Below are positions 23,452 to 35,445 of a stretch of DNA of 64,000 bases, one piece after another. Positions within the stretch are counted from its first letter, which is position 1, and each line of letters begins with the position of its first letter. Position numbers and translations under genes: made by a program. The notes below the pieces were generated by a model. That model did not search any database. It was not told the DNA's origin and worked only from the letters and a program-made list of their open reading frames with translations. This stretch comes from Piedraia hortae CBS 480.64 (taxonomy: Eukaryota), in contig MU005993.1 in assembly GCA_010093745.1 (NCBI GenBank), forward strand, positions 1 to 64,000, in the 5' to 3' direction.

Positions 23452-23625
23452 GATGCAGAATATAAGGTCAAGAGGTTCAACGTAAATGCAAAGGTCTATG
23501 GATGAAGAAGAAGTTGCTAAAGAAACGAGAAACAGAATGCCGCTACAATAGCAAAGAAAGAATCCTGATCCACCTGTTAGTCAGTGCTTTTCCATGGAAG
23601 GCAGGCACATACCGCCATCAGCAAA

Positions 23626-24191
23626 TTAGTCATCCCTATCTGGCTCACCACGCGTTCTTCCTTCGGGGCTCGCACTTCTCCCACCACGCGTTCTCCCTTC
23701 GGGGCTCGCACTCCTCCCACCGCGGCGCCTGTCCTTTCCAAAGCCACTCCTACTTCTCGCCAAGACTTTGCCTGGAGGAGGACGCACAAAGACAAAATCG
23801 ACCCCAATGATGTTATCTCCCATCTTGGTACCCCTGACACCCTCGACCGCAGCCTGCGCTTCGTCTAGAGTCGAGTACTCTACAAAAGCGTAACCCTACT
23901 ACAATGTCAACGAACCTCAAGTTGGAATGGGTGATGACCCCACACCTTTACAAAGCCCGTGCGACGGTCGAGGTTAAGATGCAAGTTCTTGATTTGTCCA
24001 TATTCGCTGAACAAATCTTGGACATCCTCTTCGGTGGTTTCTTCTTGGAGGTTGGACACGATTAGTATCCAGCCTTCGATGCTGCGTACAGCTACAGCGC
24101 CCTCGGCGGTCTTGGGATCGACAAGATTAAGTTGAGGCTGATCGGAAGCTGCGGCCGGCGGTTCGGTATCGACATCCATGCGCTCAGCCAT
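23626..24191 (-). CDS. RBM8A: RNA-binding protein 8A / Y14 (exon junction complex); intron 23896-23945
   Basis: [12 protein letters not shown]...[21 protein letters not shown]. The R/S-rich tail has a duplicated [12 protein letters not shown]. Confidence 0.92.
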
Positions 24192-24423
24192 CGTCTTTTC
24201 CTCTCCTGCACAAATCGCAATCTGAATCTGTAGTTTTGTGACCTTTTGGGACTCGCCGTATGATAATTATGACGTTCTTCCACCCCGCCGGAAGTTGCCG
24301 TGCTACGATACGTCAGTTAACAACGGAAACACGTTGGAACAACACAGGGACAAACAAGAGGAATACGTGGATCAATCATGCAATCGTTCTGATGAAGGAA
24401 GAAAAAGAAAATTTGATGGAATT

Positions 24424-26554
24424 CTAGCCTGCCGCCTCTCCCCGATGTTCCGCATTGACAGTCTCTTGATTATGGGCCGCGATGGCTTCAAGTCCCGTTC
24501 CTCCATACGGGCTGTCGACGGTTGGATCAGCCTCCGCTTCATCGTCAACTTCCATGGCGCTCTTCCCATTTCCGTTGATGCTGTTGCGGCTTTGCTGGGC
24601 TCCCGCACTGCTGTTGCCAGCATTTACAGCCACATCATCTGCCTTTTCGCCCATTCCATTGACCTGCGGCCAGATCTGATTCCACAACCAGATTGCTTGG
24701 CTGAAGAGACGCTCGCAAGCCTCCATCTCTGCTCTCCCATTGCCGGAGACCGACGCGTTAGCCACCTCGTCGACAATGGACCGACAAGCGGACACAAAGC
24801 GCACAAAGTTGGGCGAAGTCCAATTGTGAATCAGGGCCTCATGAAGTGCTGCGATGTGGCCCTCCTCGCCGGGATGACCACTTGTGGGATACGGCTTATT
24901 TGACTGACCAGGCGTAAAGAATGAAGGTACGGAGTATGATGACGACGCCGCGGGATTGGGAGGCTGCACAAATGTATTGGCGTACTGGAAAGACACACAA
25001 AAGAACTAAGCCAAGTTAGCCGGGACATAAGTTGCCAGGAAGGTAACGAACGTGTTCGGTGGCCCACAACAGAACAAGGCCCTCGAGCAAGCTGCTTGAC
25101 GTTGATGATGCACTCATGAAGAGATCACAGAAGCCTCGAACAGCAGGAGTCGGTTCTTCGGGTTCCACACGCAAGTTGAACTTAATCTTAGTGCTCTCGA
25201 GAAACTCCAGCTCCTTCTTCATGTTGCTACATGCCGAAACCAGCAAGTCGACGGCGCGGAAAGTCGAATCAGTTTGCAAGTTTGGCGTTTCCGGAATTTT
25301 AACTTTGCCAATTAAAGCACCGACAAAAGGAATAAGGGCACGAGACAGGTATATTTCCTGCGCCAACCACTGGTTCAATGCCGCACTAGACAGGGAGCCG
25401 CAGCCAGAGTGGGAGAGAAAGCTGTTTTGGGTGGCCTCATTCAAACGCTGCCCAAACTTGTTGACAAGATGACTCGCTAGGGAAGGCCTAATGCTAGCCG
25501 GTCTCATGAGAGAGTGCGGGTTCCCGAAACTCAGGCGCGGATGCTTCTGCGGTCCACGGCGGTTGATGAGACCTTGCAGATTAGGGTTGGGAGCGCTGCC
25601 ACGCCAGATATCGTTGCCATTGTTGGGCGCCTTGATTTGCAGGCTGCCATTAGACAACGCTTGTTGGCCTTCAGACGAATTGAGAAAGTCCTGGCAATTG
25701 GACAGATGCTCTACCTGGCGAGTGGTGTTCTTTGCTCGGACAAAGCCGCAATGTTTGCAGCGCACACGCATGCACTGAAGGGTCAGCAAGCACGGGGATC
25801 AATTCTACAGCCCGCCCATACCTTTTGCGATGCATTATCATCCCAAAACTCATCAAAAGCCTATCCAAGTCAGCAAAGAACAGCCAAAGCGTGCCTGGGC
25901 CCTTTGTACCTTGGATATGTCTGCAAAATGTCAATATGGTAAGCCTATCAAAATGGGTGGGAAGTACCATAGCTGCGACTTTTCACCAAAGCTGGTGTAG
26001 TGCTAGGGCCGGCAGGGCTCGGATCGGGATACGCGCCAGCATAAGGCGAGCTGTACATGCTGTAAAACCAAAGGCGTCAGCAAGGCGTACTGCTAATTGT
26101 GTAATGCAATGTGACGTGGAAGCAAGTACTACCTGCTTCCACGTCACATTCTAGTAGCTGCTAACGTCACCGACTTCAAGTGGAATCGCTTACTCTGCAT
26201 TCATCTGGTCGCTGTCACGCTTTTGGTAAGAATTGGGAGGGGCAAGTTCCTCGCCATGACCTTGAGAGCGCCATTGCAGATATTGAGGACATTTTAGCAA
26301 ATGCTCTTTTTTACGGTTCAGCGTCTTGATATTGCCTGTCCAGTTCTTGCAGTGCTTGCATTGAACCGTTTCTCCCTTGTTATCGGACTCTACGGTCATA
26401 AACTGGCCCTGATAAGAGGTCAGTAAAGGCAGAATGGCCAAATGTTTGCTTGGTTATAGAAAACATACGTGGGTGTATGTGTCCTGTCGGCAGTATTGGT
26501 TAGCGGTGACGGTAACTGGGGGCGTATTCAATAACGTGCCGGTGGACGAGGCAT
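24424..26554 (-). CDS. Two BED-like zinc fingers fused to a TenA/heme-oxygenase-like domain (8 exons, ~563 aa)
   Basis: Exons 26554-26540, 26483-26469, 26408-26194, 26059-25968, 25920-25910, 25860-25822, 25774-25052 and 25005-24424 splice in frame. Two CKHC...HLxxC fingers. TenA-like QWLAQEIY, LWATE and NWTSPNF motifs. Confidence 0.75.
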
Positions 26555-27019
26555 CTTGCAGTATGAACGATGTTAAGGCAACGATACCGTGTAGATTTCG
26601 AAGAACGCGCAAAAAGGAGGGGAAATTTGGTCAGCCGACGGGTAAACTCCGCTCAAAAACAAGGTATGGAACGTGTCGGGCGCTTACGCCATCGGTGAGT
26701 GGCGCATGCATACGCGGGCACCAAGCTTCTCTTTTCGGTTTAGCTCCCCAACATCCGTTGGACGCAACAACACCCCACACCTGTAAAGTCGTCAATCTTT
26801 CCATAACCTCTTGTTATTTTTGTGAATTCATAATGAACGCCAAAAGAGCACAGAATAAGTCGCCACCCTTACAAACATTGCTTTTTATTTTGGTTCCATA
26901 TAGTGCGATTAATCTATCATGTACGAGACCTGTCAGCCGCCGCCGCCATTTTAAACCTCGTTTTCATATCGTCCATCCAGTGCCACCGTCCACCGACTCC
27001 CGAACGTCTTTCAGTCGTT

Positions 27020-28834
27020 TCACACCGAGCTAAACATCCTGAAATGGCTGTTGTGTGGCAACAAGCGGAGCCACCTCCTTCCTACCCTTTTTCGCCGAGG
27101 CTGTCCGTTGCTGTCCGCATTTTCTTGGCTTTTGAGGGTGTCTTCCGATGCGATCGAGCACCTGTTCGTGCCTTCGGTTTGTTGGGAAGGCCGCGAACTC
27201 ACATGCGCTGGCTCGGGATCCTCGCCCACGGCGACGGTTGCTCCAGATTCTGTTCGCCGTTTGAACCTGAGCCAACTAAGCCGTGACGGCTTCCCACCTT
27301 CTGCCTCGCTCTTGTAACCCCCAAAGAAAATGCCAGCAATTCCTCTGCGGGTTTGCGTCCAAATGACCTCGTGGTCAACTTCTACGGGCATTGTTCCTTC
27401 TACTATCTCCCGCTTTTCAGCAGACGTGCTCGGAATCTCCTGACCTGGCTTCTCGCTTACAAGCGCCGTCTCTGCGTTTGTCGACTGGACCTGGTAGAAC
27501 AAGAGGTACGGCGTTTCTTGCCTAAGAGCCTGATGAATGTCGACCGACTTTATCCGCTCTTGGATGTTGAGGTCATCGAATCGTTTCCATGGCTTTTCTT
27601 CGGGGATGCCTGCTTCCGTGCCCGGCCACTGGGCAGGGTGCTCGCGGAATAGCGTGATGTAGTGCCCGTAGTCGGTCGACTTGCCGCGATGACATATGGC
27701 AGACTGTAAGACGAGCCGGAAGTCTTTACTCGCAGACGGCTCTAGGCCCAAGTCATCTCCACCAACAAGGTCGGAGGGATGCATCTCCAGGGGTATCTGC
27801 ACGAAGTCGTTCCGCCTAGTTGTGCCGCTTGCAGAGGCCGAATATCGTTTGAGGCAAATGGCCAGAACTGGCCTCCTGTCGGCAAAATGCCTCGCCAATT
27901 CGGGATCAAGCGACTCTTCGTGGTAGGTGAAGAAGGGGAGGAACTTCGACATTTGCCACGCTGGAATTATCTCTTCACGCGGGGCTGCCGTCTCTGAGGT
28001 CACGGTGTGCGGTGCCTTTGCTCTTGGACTGTCACCAGCTCGAGGGGTTGAGGGTTGCGAGTCCAGATCGGCCAACTTCTTGGGAAGGACACGCCCAACT
28101 TCCACTTTTGCGGAAAAGAAGTTGCACAGGAGATCGATGAGCGCCATCTCCCCACCGTCACCCTCCTCTGGCTCCGGAATTCCCAATTCAATCGTCCGCT
28201 CCAGCTCGATCTTGTGATCCGCTAACATGTCTTCTTGCCCATTGTGAAAGGTCTCCCTCATTAGCGTGATTAGGGGCACGTGCAGCTGGTTGGCGATGAA
28301 TGTGTAGACTTCGGAAGGGTCTTGTTGGCCGTTTGCACCCGCATCCTCCCAGCCGCACCTGATCATGGCGCTGATCACTTGCTTGATGATGTCCGTGGTG
28401 ATGAGCCAACCGCTTCGGAACATGTTGACATATAGCCGTAAGTGGTCGGCCAAGTCCCGCCGCGGAAGTCGACAAAGAGGATGGGGTCGAAGCCACGACA
28501 CGGGCAAAACATGGCACAAATGAGGGCGCCAAGGTAGCATGTCTTGTTGTCTACGTTGACGGCACCACGCAGTTCCACGCCAGGTCTGTAAGGGGCCACA
28601 ACAAGGTCTCGTGTCTGTTGATATATACTGAGTAGCTGCTCAGCCTGGACCTTGTCGCCACCTCCTGCAATTAGGGCGTAGATTGCATTGCACTCAGACA
28701 TTGAACACACTCTATTGTCTTCGAACTTCTTGAGAATAGAGTTGATCTTCTTGGCATCCTCTTTGCTTGGCTTCTTGCATGGCTGATCGGGACAAACGAA
28801 TGTATTGAGAAGATGTTCAGGTTGTGGTGCAAAC
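27020..28834 (-). pseudogene. USP-family ubiquitin C-terminal hydrolase with an apparent frameshift (pseudogene or assembly error); 5' end uncertain
   Basis: The Cys box (GAVNVDNKTCYL) is in a different frame from QQDPSE, the His box (CHRGKSTDYGHY) and FDDL. The shift is near 28465 with no intron signals. Confidence 0.65.
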
Positions 28835-30112
28835 TGCGAATCCGGTCAGCTTATGTACAAGACATTGACACTCTTCGCCGTTTCCCAACCAACTATCAAT
28901 TACCAACAGCAAAAGAAAGTCTACTCAGCGCGCAAATGGGTTCAATGTGTCACGCGCTAACGACGGTCTACGAAAGTGGATGGAGCTACTTACGGAACGA
29001 GGTGTATGTTGCTTGCGCGCAATCTGCCTGAGATGGTTCATCTTGATGCAATGGTGCAGGTCGTTTGTTTACACTCCAGTTGAAACAGTTCCCTATTGCG
29101 GAGAGCTGGTCGCAACATAAGTTCGTCATGACACCCCTCATTGTCATGTTTGGCGTGAACCGAATCTGAGCAGGGTTCAGACGCGGGGTGAACAGGCATC
29201 AACAGGCGGGGCCCGGATGTACCCGCTGCCAGTGGCGCAACACTGCTCTGCACCACCATCGAGAGTTTGATCTGGAACAAAGGCTGCTTCCATCAGGTTT
29301 CGTTGGGGTATCTCCTTCAACCCCATCCTGGGCTACTATCCTTCGCAAAGTAGCAAGCTGTTCAAAAAATGGAAATGAGATCGACGAACACTTTTGACTT
29401 TCGCTCAGCTGTCGGAACATTTAGCCAAAAAATGATCTGTGCCTGCCACGTGGATGACGGACAACGATGTCTATTTTGTTGAAGCTATGGAGACGTCATT
29501 GTGTATGAATAGCGCTAAGAAGGTCTATGTGGTTTCGATTAATCCAAAACGGACAAGAACGGCTCGAGGATGTTGTTTCGTCAGCTTCATCTAGCTGCCA
29601 ATTAAGCATTGCACATGTCAATTTTCCTCGCTTTGAATAGTTCTGAATTGCTTCGTGCGTTTCTGTGCCAATCTGGCGAGGGTGGAGGGTTTGCTAAAGT
29701 TTGGTAGGTCGAACAACGCCTTGACTTTGCGGCTTTGCCAGCGTGATGAATTTTGTGAGCGTTGAGCACCTACCGAATCGTTTCAACTCCTGTGAGGACC
29801 ACCTTAAATATTAGCTCCCGCTCTGCTCCCAATTGCGGACTCTTCTGAGCCAGCTCGAGAACTGTCACCGCACGCCGAGTTGCGCTGCGAATGCAGAACT
29901 ACATTGAGGGGTAACAATTTAGGCCAAAATATTGAGAACTCTTGGCAGATTCTGCGGTAGGATTCTCGAGCTTTGCGAAAATGAAGCGCGTCGGATGTGG
30001 CCGTGGTTGATGGCGTTTCGATGATGCCCAGTTGCTGACTGACGTGTTGTTACAGCACGTGACGTAAAACTTCCGACATCGACCTCACCACAAAAGTGGC
30101 CGAAGCAAGGAT

Positions 30113-31236
30113 ATGGCGGTGGCAGGCCTAGTGGTTTTCAAGCGCTTTCTGCGTCCCGCAGCACCTGTCTGGCCACATTGCAGACATGCCAGTACAGCGA
30201 TATCAGATGAAGCTCTTCAACTGGAGCGGACCGAGTTTTCCACGGAAGAAGGAGGTGACGGACGAATCAAGGGCTATGATCCCGTCAAGCGCGCGCGGAA
30301 CAGGAGACTTCAGCTTCCACGAAGCAGGTAGGCGGCATGGCCATCAAGACTAATCTACCGCTAACACCAAGATACAGATACCAGTACCGCTCACCGCAGT
30401 TCTACCGTGGACCCTTACATCCACACCAGCCGCCGCCAGCATCAGACCCCTCATCCCGTCTCTTTGTCCCAGGGCCATTCTCTTATCCGCGACTCGAGCA
30501 GACTTATCTCTCCACCTTCGCAAGCGACTTCATGACCATGAGCTACCAGCACCTCCCGCCAGGCACTACCCTCCCCCGCAAGGGCAACCGTCTACGCAAC
30601 TGGGAAGGTGCATCGCCCTACTTTGCCAACCGACCGCTAAGAGGTCCACGTGGAGCAGAAGTCCTCCGGCTGCTACGGAAGCGCATAACATTTAACAACA
30701 TTCCCGAACTGAAGCGAATAACAGTGCACACGATGAGCAAAGCCGCCATTGAAGACGGCACCGCGCTACACGTGGCTGGAATGGTCTTGCAGGCCATCAC
30801 GGGCCAAATCGCTACACCACATGCGGCCAGGGAGAGCGTAGCCTCATTCAAGATTCGAAAAGGGAGCTACCTCTCCCTAACATGTGAGTTGAGGGGCGAG
30901 GAAATGTACCATTTCCTGAGCAAGCTGATCGATATCGTGCTCCCGAAAGTGCGGGAGTGGAAGGGGGTCAGGGGCTCTTCGGGGGATGGGTCTGGCAATA
31001 TTGCCTTTGGCCTAACTCCCGATGGAGTCGCAAAGTTTCCCGAAGTCGAGGTTAATTATGACATGTGTGTACCCCGCTTTTAACAACTTTCTTGATAGCT
31101 AATACCCGTCAGGTATCCCCAGAAACTGATCCCAGGATGCCATTTTGTTATCCACACGTCTGCTCGAACGGACAAAGATGCCCGCACCTTCCTCGGCCAA
31201 ATTGGGATCCCCTTTTACGGAAAAAGAGTCGATTAG
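30113..31236 (+). CDS. MRPL7: Mitochondrial ribosomal protein uL5m (introns 30328-30377 and 31065-31112)
   Basis: NNIPELKRITVH, LSKLIDIVLPKVREWKG, SGDGSGNIAFG, FPEVEVNYDMYP. Confidence 0.9.
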
Positions 31237-31280
31237 AAGGACATAGACCCATGTGATATGTACTATACTTGATAATTCAT

Positions 31281-33014
31281 TCAATCATCGCCTTCTGTCC
31301 TCGGCGCCGTAAAGAAATCCTTCATGCTGGCACTCAGCCGTCTCAGTTTACTCGTCGTGGGACTTCCATTTCCAGCTTCTTCCCTGTCTCTCGCTGTATC
31401 GGGCCTCTGCCGTGGCGTTGCCGCCGCTGCCCGTGTCTTGATCCTCTGCGAGCCAGCCGCAGGGCTATCCACACCTCTACGCAGCGAGTCTGCGATAATA
31501 ACGCTTAATGACGAGCTTAGCGGGCTGGGTAATGGACCGGGAAGGAGGTCTGCGACTGATGGTCGGCCCAATGCCCGGCCTTCGCCGCGGCTGTCTCCCC
31601 GACTTCTCGTTCCTCGTGAGGGCGTCGTCGGAGTATTATCCCCTTTGCTTGGGCTTGCCATTGCGGGGTTCGTTTGTGTTCTCGTTAGAGGCGTCTTGGG
31701 CCGCGCAGGGGTGGACCCGCTTGCGAGGGGGACAACTGGGGAGGATGTTGTTGCGTGCAATCTTGGCATTTCGGGGTTCATTGATTGGACGTGGACAGCT
31801 GAAGCGTTTGCGGGTGGGAGAGCATCTAGTTGCTGGATGGGATCGATTTCTTGTGACTCTGGTCTTGGTTCTTGATCATCGTTGAGCCGGATTTCAGGCT
31901 GCATTCGTTCTTCGTCGACGAGAGTTACGTGATGCTGGTGATCTTCATCTTGGTCATCATCATCGCCGTCTCGGTGACCGGATGTGATGCACCATACACC
32001 CAAAAAGGTGAGGACACAGCCGCCAAAGAATTTGAAGCCGTCTTCGAGGCTCTGCCGCTCAAAATCACGATAAAGAACGGCGCTGCCAACGATGACGGAG
32101 ATAGTGAAGAGCACAAACTGCGTCGGTATGACCATGGTTGCGTTGAATTGCTGCAGCGCCCTGTTAACGTACTTGATTTGCATTACCGCCGTTAAGATCA
32201 ATACAGCAACAAGCAGGTAGGTGATGGGGAAGGTGATGACGCGCCATATTGTGTTGGACAAGATGGATGCTATGCCCTTGGTTGAGAGCGCAGTGTAGCC
32301 GCCATATAGCGCTGCAAGGCCGAGGTCTATCAGGATGCTTTTCTCGCCAAATTTGCTACTAGCGAAAGAGAGCAGGGCAATGGAAACGAGAGTCAGACCA
32401 AAATAAGTCTCAAATTCCCACTGTGAGATCAAATTCCAGATCTTGTTGGGAGTCAGCTTGGGATTGCTATCGTTTGCGCTGAGCACAACTGTGACACAGC
32501 CCGCGATGGCAATGACAACTCCAATCCCGTCTCGCAGACGGAAATGCTCTCCCAATAGCAACGGGGCGATGAGGCAATTGGACACCAAGGCCACAACACC
32601 CAGCGGCGAGACGATTGATGCAGGGGCAAAGCCGTAGGCTAGAAAATTCCCCGCCTCTCCAAGGATCATCAACGCAATTCCCGTCCACCAGATGGGCGAT
32701 TTAAGGTAGTTTTTCTCCCGGGGGACCTTCTCGGACTCTGAACTGTGTTCCGAACGGGCGATCAAGGGTTCTCTTTCCTCAGAAGGAGCAGGGTTAGCCT
32801 CTGCCCTCTGCTCTGCAATACGACGCTGCAGAGACAGGCCATCTTCCCCGTCATCTTGGTTTGCCTTCTGACCGCTCAGTCGCATGTGCGCATATCGTTG
32901 CACATTCAATGCGAACGAGATCAGCACATTCCCGCATATGGCCGTGACAATGCCTATCAAACTGGACCATCGCTTCGCTTCCGCAGAGGCCATTGCGACA
33001 GTAGCCTGTAGCAT
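31281..33014 (-). CDS. NIPA-family (DUF803) magnesium transporter
   Basis: WWTGIALMILGEAGNFLAYGFAPASIVSPLG; multiple TM segments. Confidence 0.92.
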   Translation of the reverse strand: MLQATVAMASAEAKRWSSLIGIVTAICGNVLISFALNVQRYAHMRLSGQKANQDDGEDGLSLQRRIAEQRAEANPAPSEEREPLIARSEHSSESEKVPREKNYLKSPIWWTGIALMILGEAGNFLAYGFAPASIVSPLGVVALVSNCLIAPLLLGEHFRLRDGIGVVIAIAGCVTVVLSANDSNPKLTPNKIWNLISQWEFETYFGLTLVSIALLSFASSKFGEKSILIDLGLAALYGGYTALSTKGIASILSNTIWRVITFPITYLLVAVLILTAVMQIKYVNRALQQFNATMVIPTQFVLFTISVIVGSAVLYRDFERQSLEDGFKFFGGCVLTFLGVWCITSGHRDGDDDDQDEDHQHHVTLVDEERMQPEIRLNDDQEPRPESQEIDPIQQLDALPPANASAVHVQSMNPEMPRLHATTSSPVVPLASGSTPARPKTPLTRTQTNPAMASPSKGDNTPTTPSRGTRSRGDSRGEGRALGRPSVADLLPGPLPSPLSSSLSVIIADSLRRGVDSPAAGSQRIKTRAAAATPRQRPDTARDREEAGNGSPTTSKLRRLSASMKDFFTAPRTEGDD

Positions 33015-33140
33015 TGTCCTATGCCTCTGCTCCCGCGCACATCGTCACCCAGCAACGATGCGCGTTCGCGTGAACATGTGTTTACGCTAAAAAGCAAAGC
33101 TCGGCCCGAAACGGCTGGGGCATCACAAGATGGAAATCAG

Positions 33141-33170
33141 CACACACACACACACACACAAACACACACA
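33141..33170. repeat. (CA)n microsatellite
   Basis: Interrupted CA run. Confidence 0.9.
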
Positions 33171-33199
33171 AAACAAGGTACAATTTCCAGTGGGCTATA

Positions 33200-33841
33200 T
33201 CAAGCAAAAGCCCCCCCCAGCACCAGCCCCGGCTGCTTGATATCATCATGTTCGTAACTCAAGCTACCCACACCACCAGGCTCTAGCAGCAGCCTCGTAG
33301 TGCCCAGTTCCTGGCCCACCCATCTGGACGCCAAGGCGCGTAGAATATGACCATGAGCCACAACAAGCACATCTCCCTTTTCCTTCTTCCCCTCAAACAC
33401 CGGCCTATGAAACCCCTCCCTCACCTCCTCGATAAACGCATCCAATCTCTCCTTGATCTGACCCGGTGACTCTCCGCCGGGACATCCATCCCTCCAAATA
33501 TCCCAATCGGGATTCTTCTCCCTAATCTGCGCGGAAGTAAGACCCTCGTAGGAGCCATACGTCCACTCCCGCACCGCATCCGTCACCTGAACAGGCACAT
33601 TCCCCCCAACATTTAACAACTGCAGCGTCCTCCGCGCACGCGTCCGCGGCGAAACAAACACCTGCGCCAAATTCGAAGGCGTGATGAGCTTCCCCTCCTC
33701 TCCAATCATCGCCGCCGCCGTGGCTGTGATCCGCGTCTCGCCTGCGGCTGTAAGAGGTACGTCAGTCTCCCCCGTGTGTTTGCCGCTGAGAGACCACTCC
33801 GTCTCGCCGTGGCGGACGACGAAGAGCCTTGGGGGGGGCAT
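33200..33841 (-). CDS. Histidine phosphatase superfamily, sedoheptulose-1,7-bisphosphatase-like
   Basis: RHGETEWS, EWTYGSYEG, WDIWRDGCPGGES and VAHGH motifs. Confidence 0.88.
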   Translation of the reverse strand: MPPPRLFVVRHGETEWSLSGKHTGETDVPLTAAGETRITATAAAMIGEEGKLITPSNLAQVFVSPRTRARRTLQLLNVGGNVPVQVTDAVREWTYGSYEGLTSAQIREKNPDWDIWRDGCPGGESPGQIKERLDAFIEEVREGFHRPVFEGKKEKGDVLVVAHGHILRALASRWVGQELGTTRLLLEPGGVGSLSYEHDDIKQPGLVLGGAFA

Positions 33842-33977
33842 GGTTTTAAGATTGAAGGATTTTACGAGTTGAGGTGATTTAAAGGCGGAATATGCAGGTA
33901 CAAGGACCTATTGCATCATGCGCAAAGTCTGTTCTGCCTGCTTGTCCGGTTGGGCTTAGAAGTGTTGGTAAAGGGTG

Positions 33978-35252
33978 CTACACACCGGGGTCTTCGTCGA
34001 TTAAACTCTCGAGCTCAGAGAGTGTGTAGCCATTGACGGCTTCAGGAGGAGGCTGGTTGATTGGGGGGTTGTGTCGTACGCTTCGAGGCTGGCGGGATGC
34101 GTTGCGAGGTACAAAGATTACTCGTCGTGGTGCCTGGTTTACTGCTGGTACACGGTCTCGTGTCTGAGCATCTGGGGGGGTTGATTTGTTCAGGGTGGTG
34201 GAAGTAGGCTTCGTTTTCGGATTCTCTTGGGATTTTGACTGGAGTGTCTTCACCTGTATATTATTTGCGGACCTGGGCTGAGTGTCAGATGCTCCGTCAG
34301 ATGGGGGTTGCATCGACATCTGCGTTGGGCCCGCCATGATGCGTGAGTTTCGAGGCAGCGGATTCGGTTGCGGTAGTGAATTGGACGCATATCGGTGAGG
34401 ACCTATCTCCGGGCCCGGATCGGGCCTCAATCGAGCATAAGACGTGCCGGGTGATGATTTTGACGCCTTCAGCTCTAACATAAGAAGATCTTCTGATGAT
34501 ATATCAGGATCATCAAGGTCGCTAGAGTCAGGTTCATATGGGGCATCGGGAGATTTTACTGATGCTTTGGCCTCGTCTAACCTGGCACTTATGGCGTCCT
34601 TGAGCATCATTCTTGGTGGTTCCTCAGCTATCTCCCTGGCAATTTGACTAGGAGATTCGAATTCGTCAATGAAGCTTGACAATTCGTCCTCGGCCTTTGT
34701 TAGCGGCTTTGGTTTGACAACATCTGGTTCAGGCATTTCGTTTGCGGGCGCCGGCAGCTCGTCCTCGGCCTGCTTAGGTCTCTTTGCTGAATCCAACACT
34801 TCCAATAGCACTTCGTCCTCCAAATCGCTGTCATCGAACGCTGTTTCGTCTGGCTTGGGTTCCTTTGCTTTAGGCGCCGCTGACTTGGGCTCCTTTGACT
34901 TGGGCTCCTTTGACTTAAACTCCTCTGGCTTAGATGTGTCTGCAACGTTTTTGCGCTTCTTCTCCCCGAAAAAGGCCCCTAGATGGTATTGGCTGCTCAA
35001 ATGTCCGTACCGGTCGCATATTCGCTGGCTTCCCACCATTGCCTTTGCTTCTTCTTTAGCGTGCACTGCCGCCTCAGCCTTTTTCTTCCTCAATTCAGCC
35101 TTGCGCTTTTGTTCTTTGATAACTTCTTCGCGCCGGCTCAACTCCATATCCCGCTCCATTTGGCGCTTTTCTTTATCGGTCATGGTCGGACAGCCACGCG
35201 CTCTATACGCGGCTTTTGCTTGTTTACTGGTCATTGCTGGGATCGTCGACAT
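33978..35252 (-). CDS. Hypothetical protein (charged N-terminus, low-complexity body)
   Basis: 424-aa ORF with MTSKQAKAAYR N-terminus and KSKEP repeats. Confidence 0.65.
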   Translation of the reverse strand: MSTIPAMTSKQAKAAYRARGCPTMTDKEKRQMERDMELSRREEVIKEQKRKAELRKKKAEAAVHAKEEAKAMVGSQRICDRYGHLSSQYHLGAFFGEKKRKNVADTSKPEEFKSKEPKSKEPKSAAPKAKEPKPDETAFDDSDLEDEVLLEVLDSAKRPKQAEDELPAPANEMPEPDVVKPKPLTKAEDELSSFIDEFESPSQIAREIAEEPPRMMLKDAISARLDEAKASVKSPDAPYEPDSSDLDDPDISSEDLLMLELKASKSSPGTSYARLRPDPGPEIGPHRYASNSLPQPNPLPRNSRIMAGPTQMSMQPPSDGASDTQPRSANNIQVKTLQSKSQENPKTKPTSTTLNKSTPPDAQTRDRVPAVNQAPRRVIFVPRNASRQPRSVRHNPPINQPPPEAVNGYTLSELESLIDEDPGV

Positions 35253-35445
35253 TGTGGTGTTGGTTAGTGCACTTGGTAGGGCGTAGTTGTCACTTAGAAA
35301 AACAGGGGCAAGCCACTGTCAACTCTGACACTCCCTGGTGATTGGAACAACATAGTCATACGTATGTAGTCACAGAGCCATACGTAGTAACTTTGATTTT
35401 ATTTACATGTGCCAGTGTTATGATGAACATCTCGGTCTGGCACAT

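Noticed and set aside
26060..26193. TPP riboswitch in an intron of the TenA-like gene
   Set aside because: The conserved aptamer elements (CUGAGA, CUUGAU...AUAC) are not seen; only a simple hairpin is present.
29000..30050. Possible gene between the USP and uL5m genes
   Set aside because: Only short ORFs without recognisable motifs; could not be supported.
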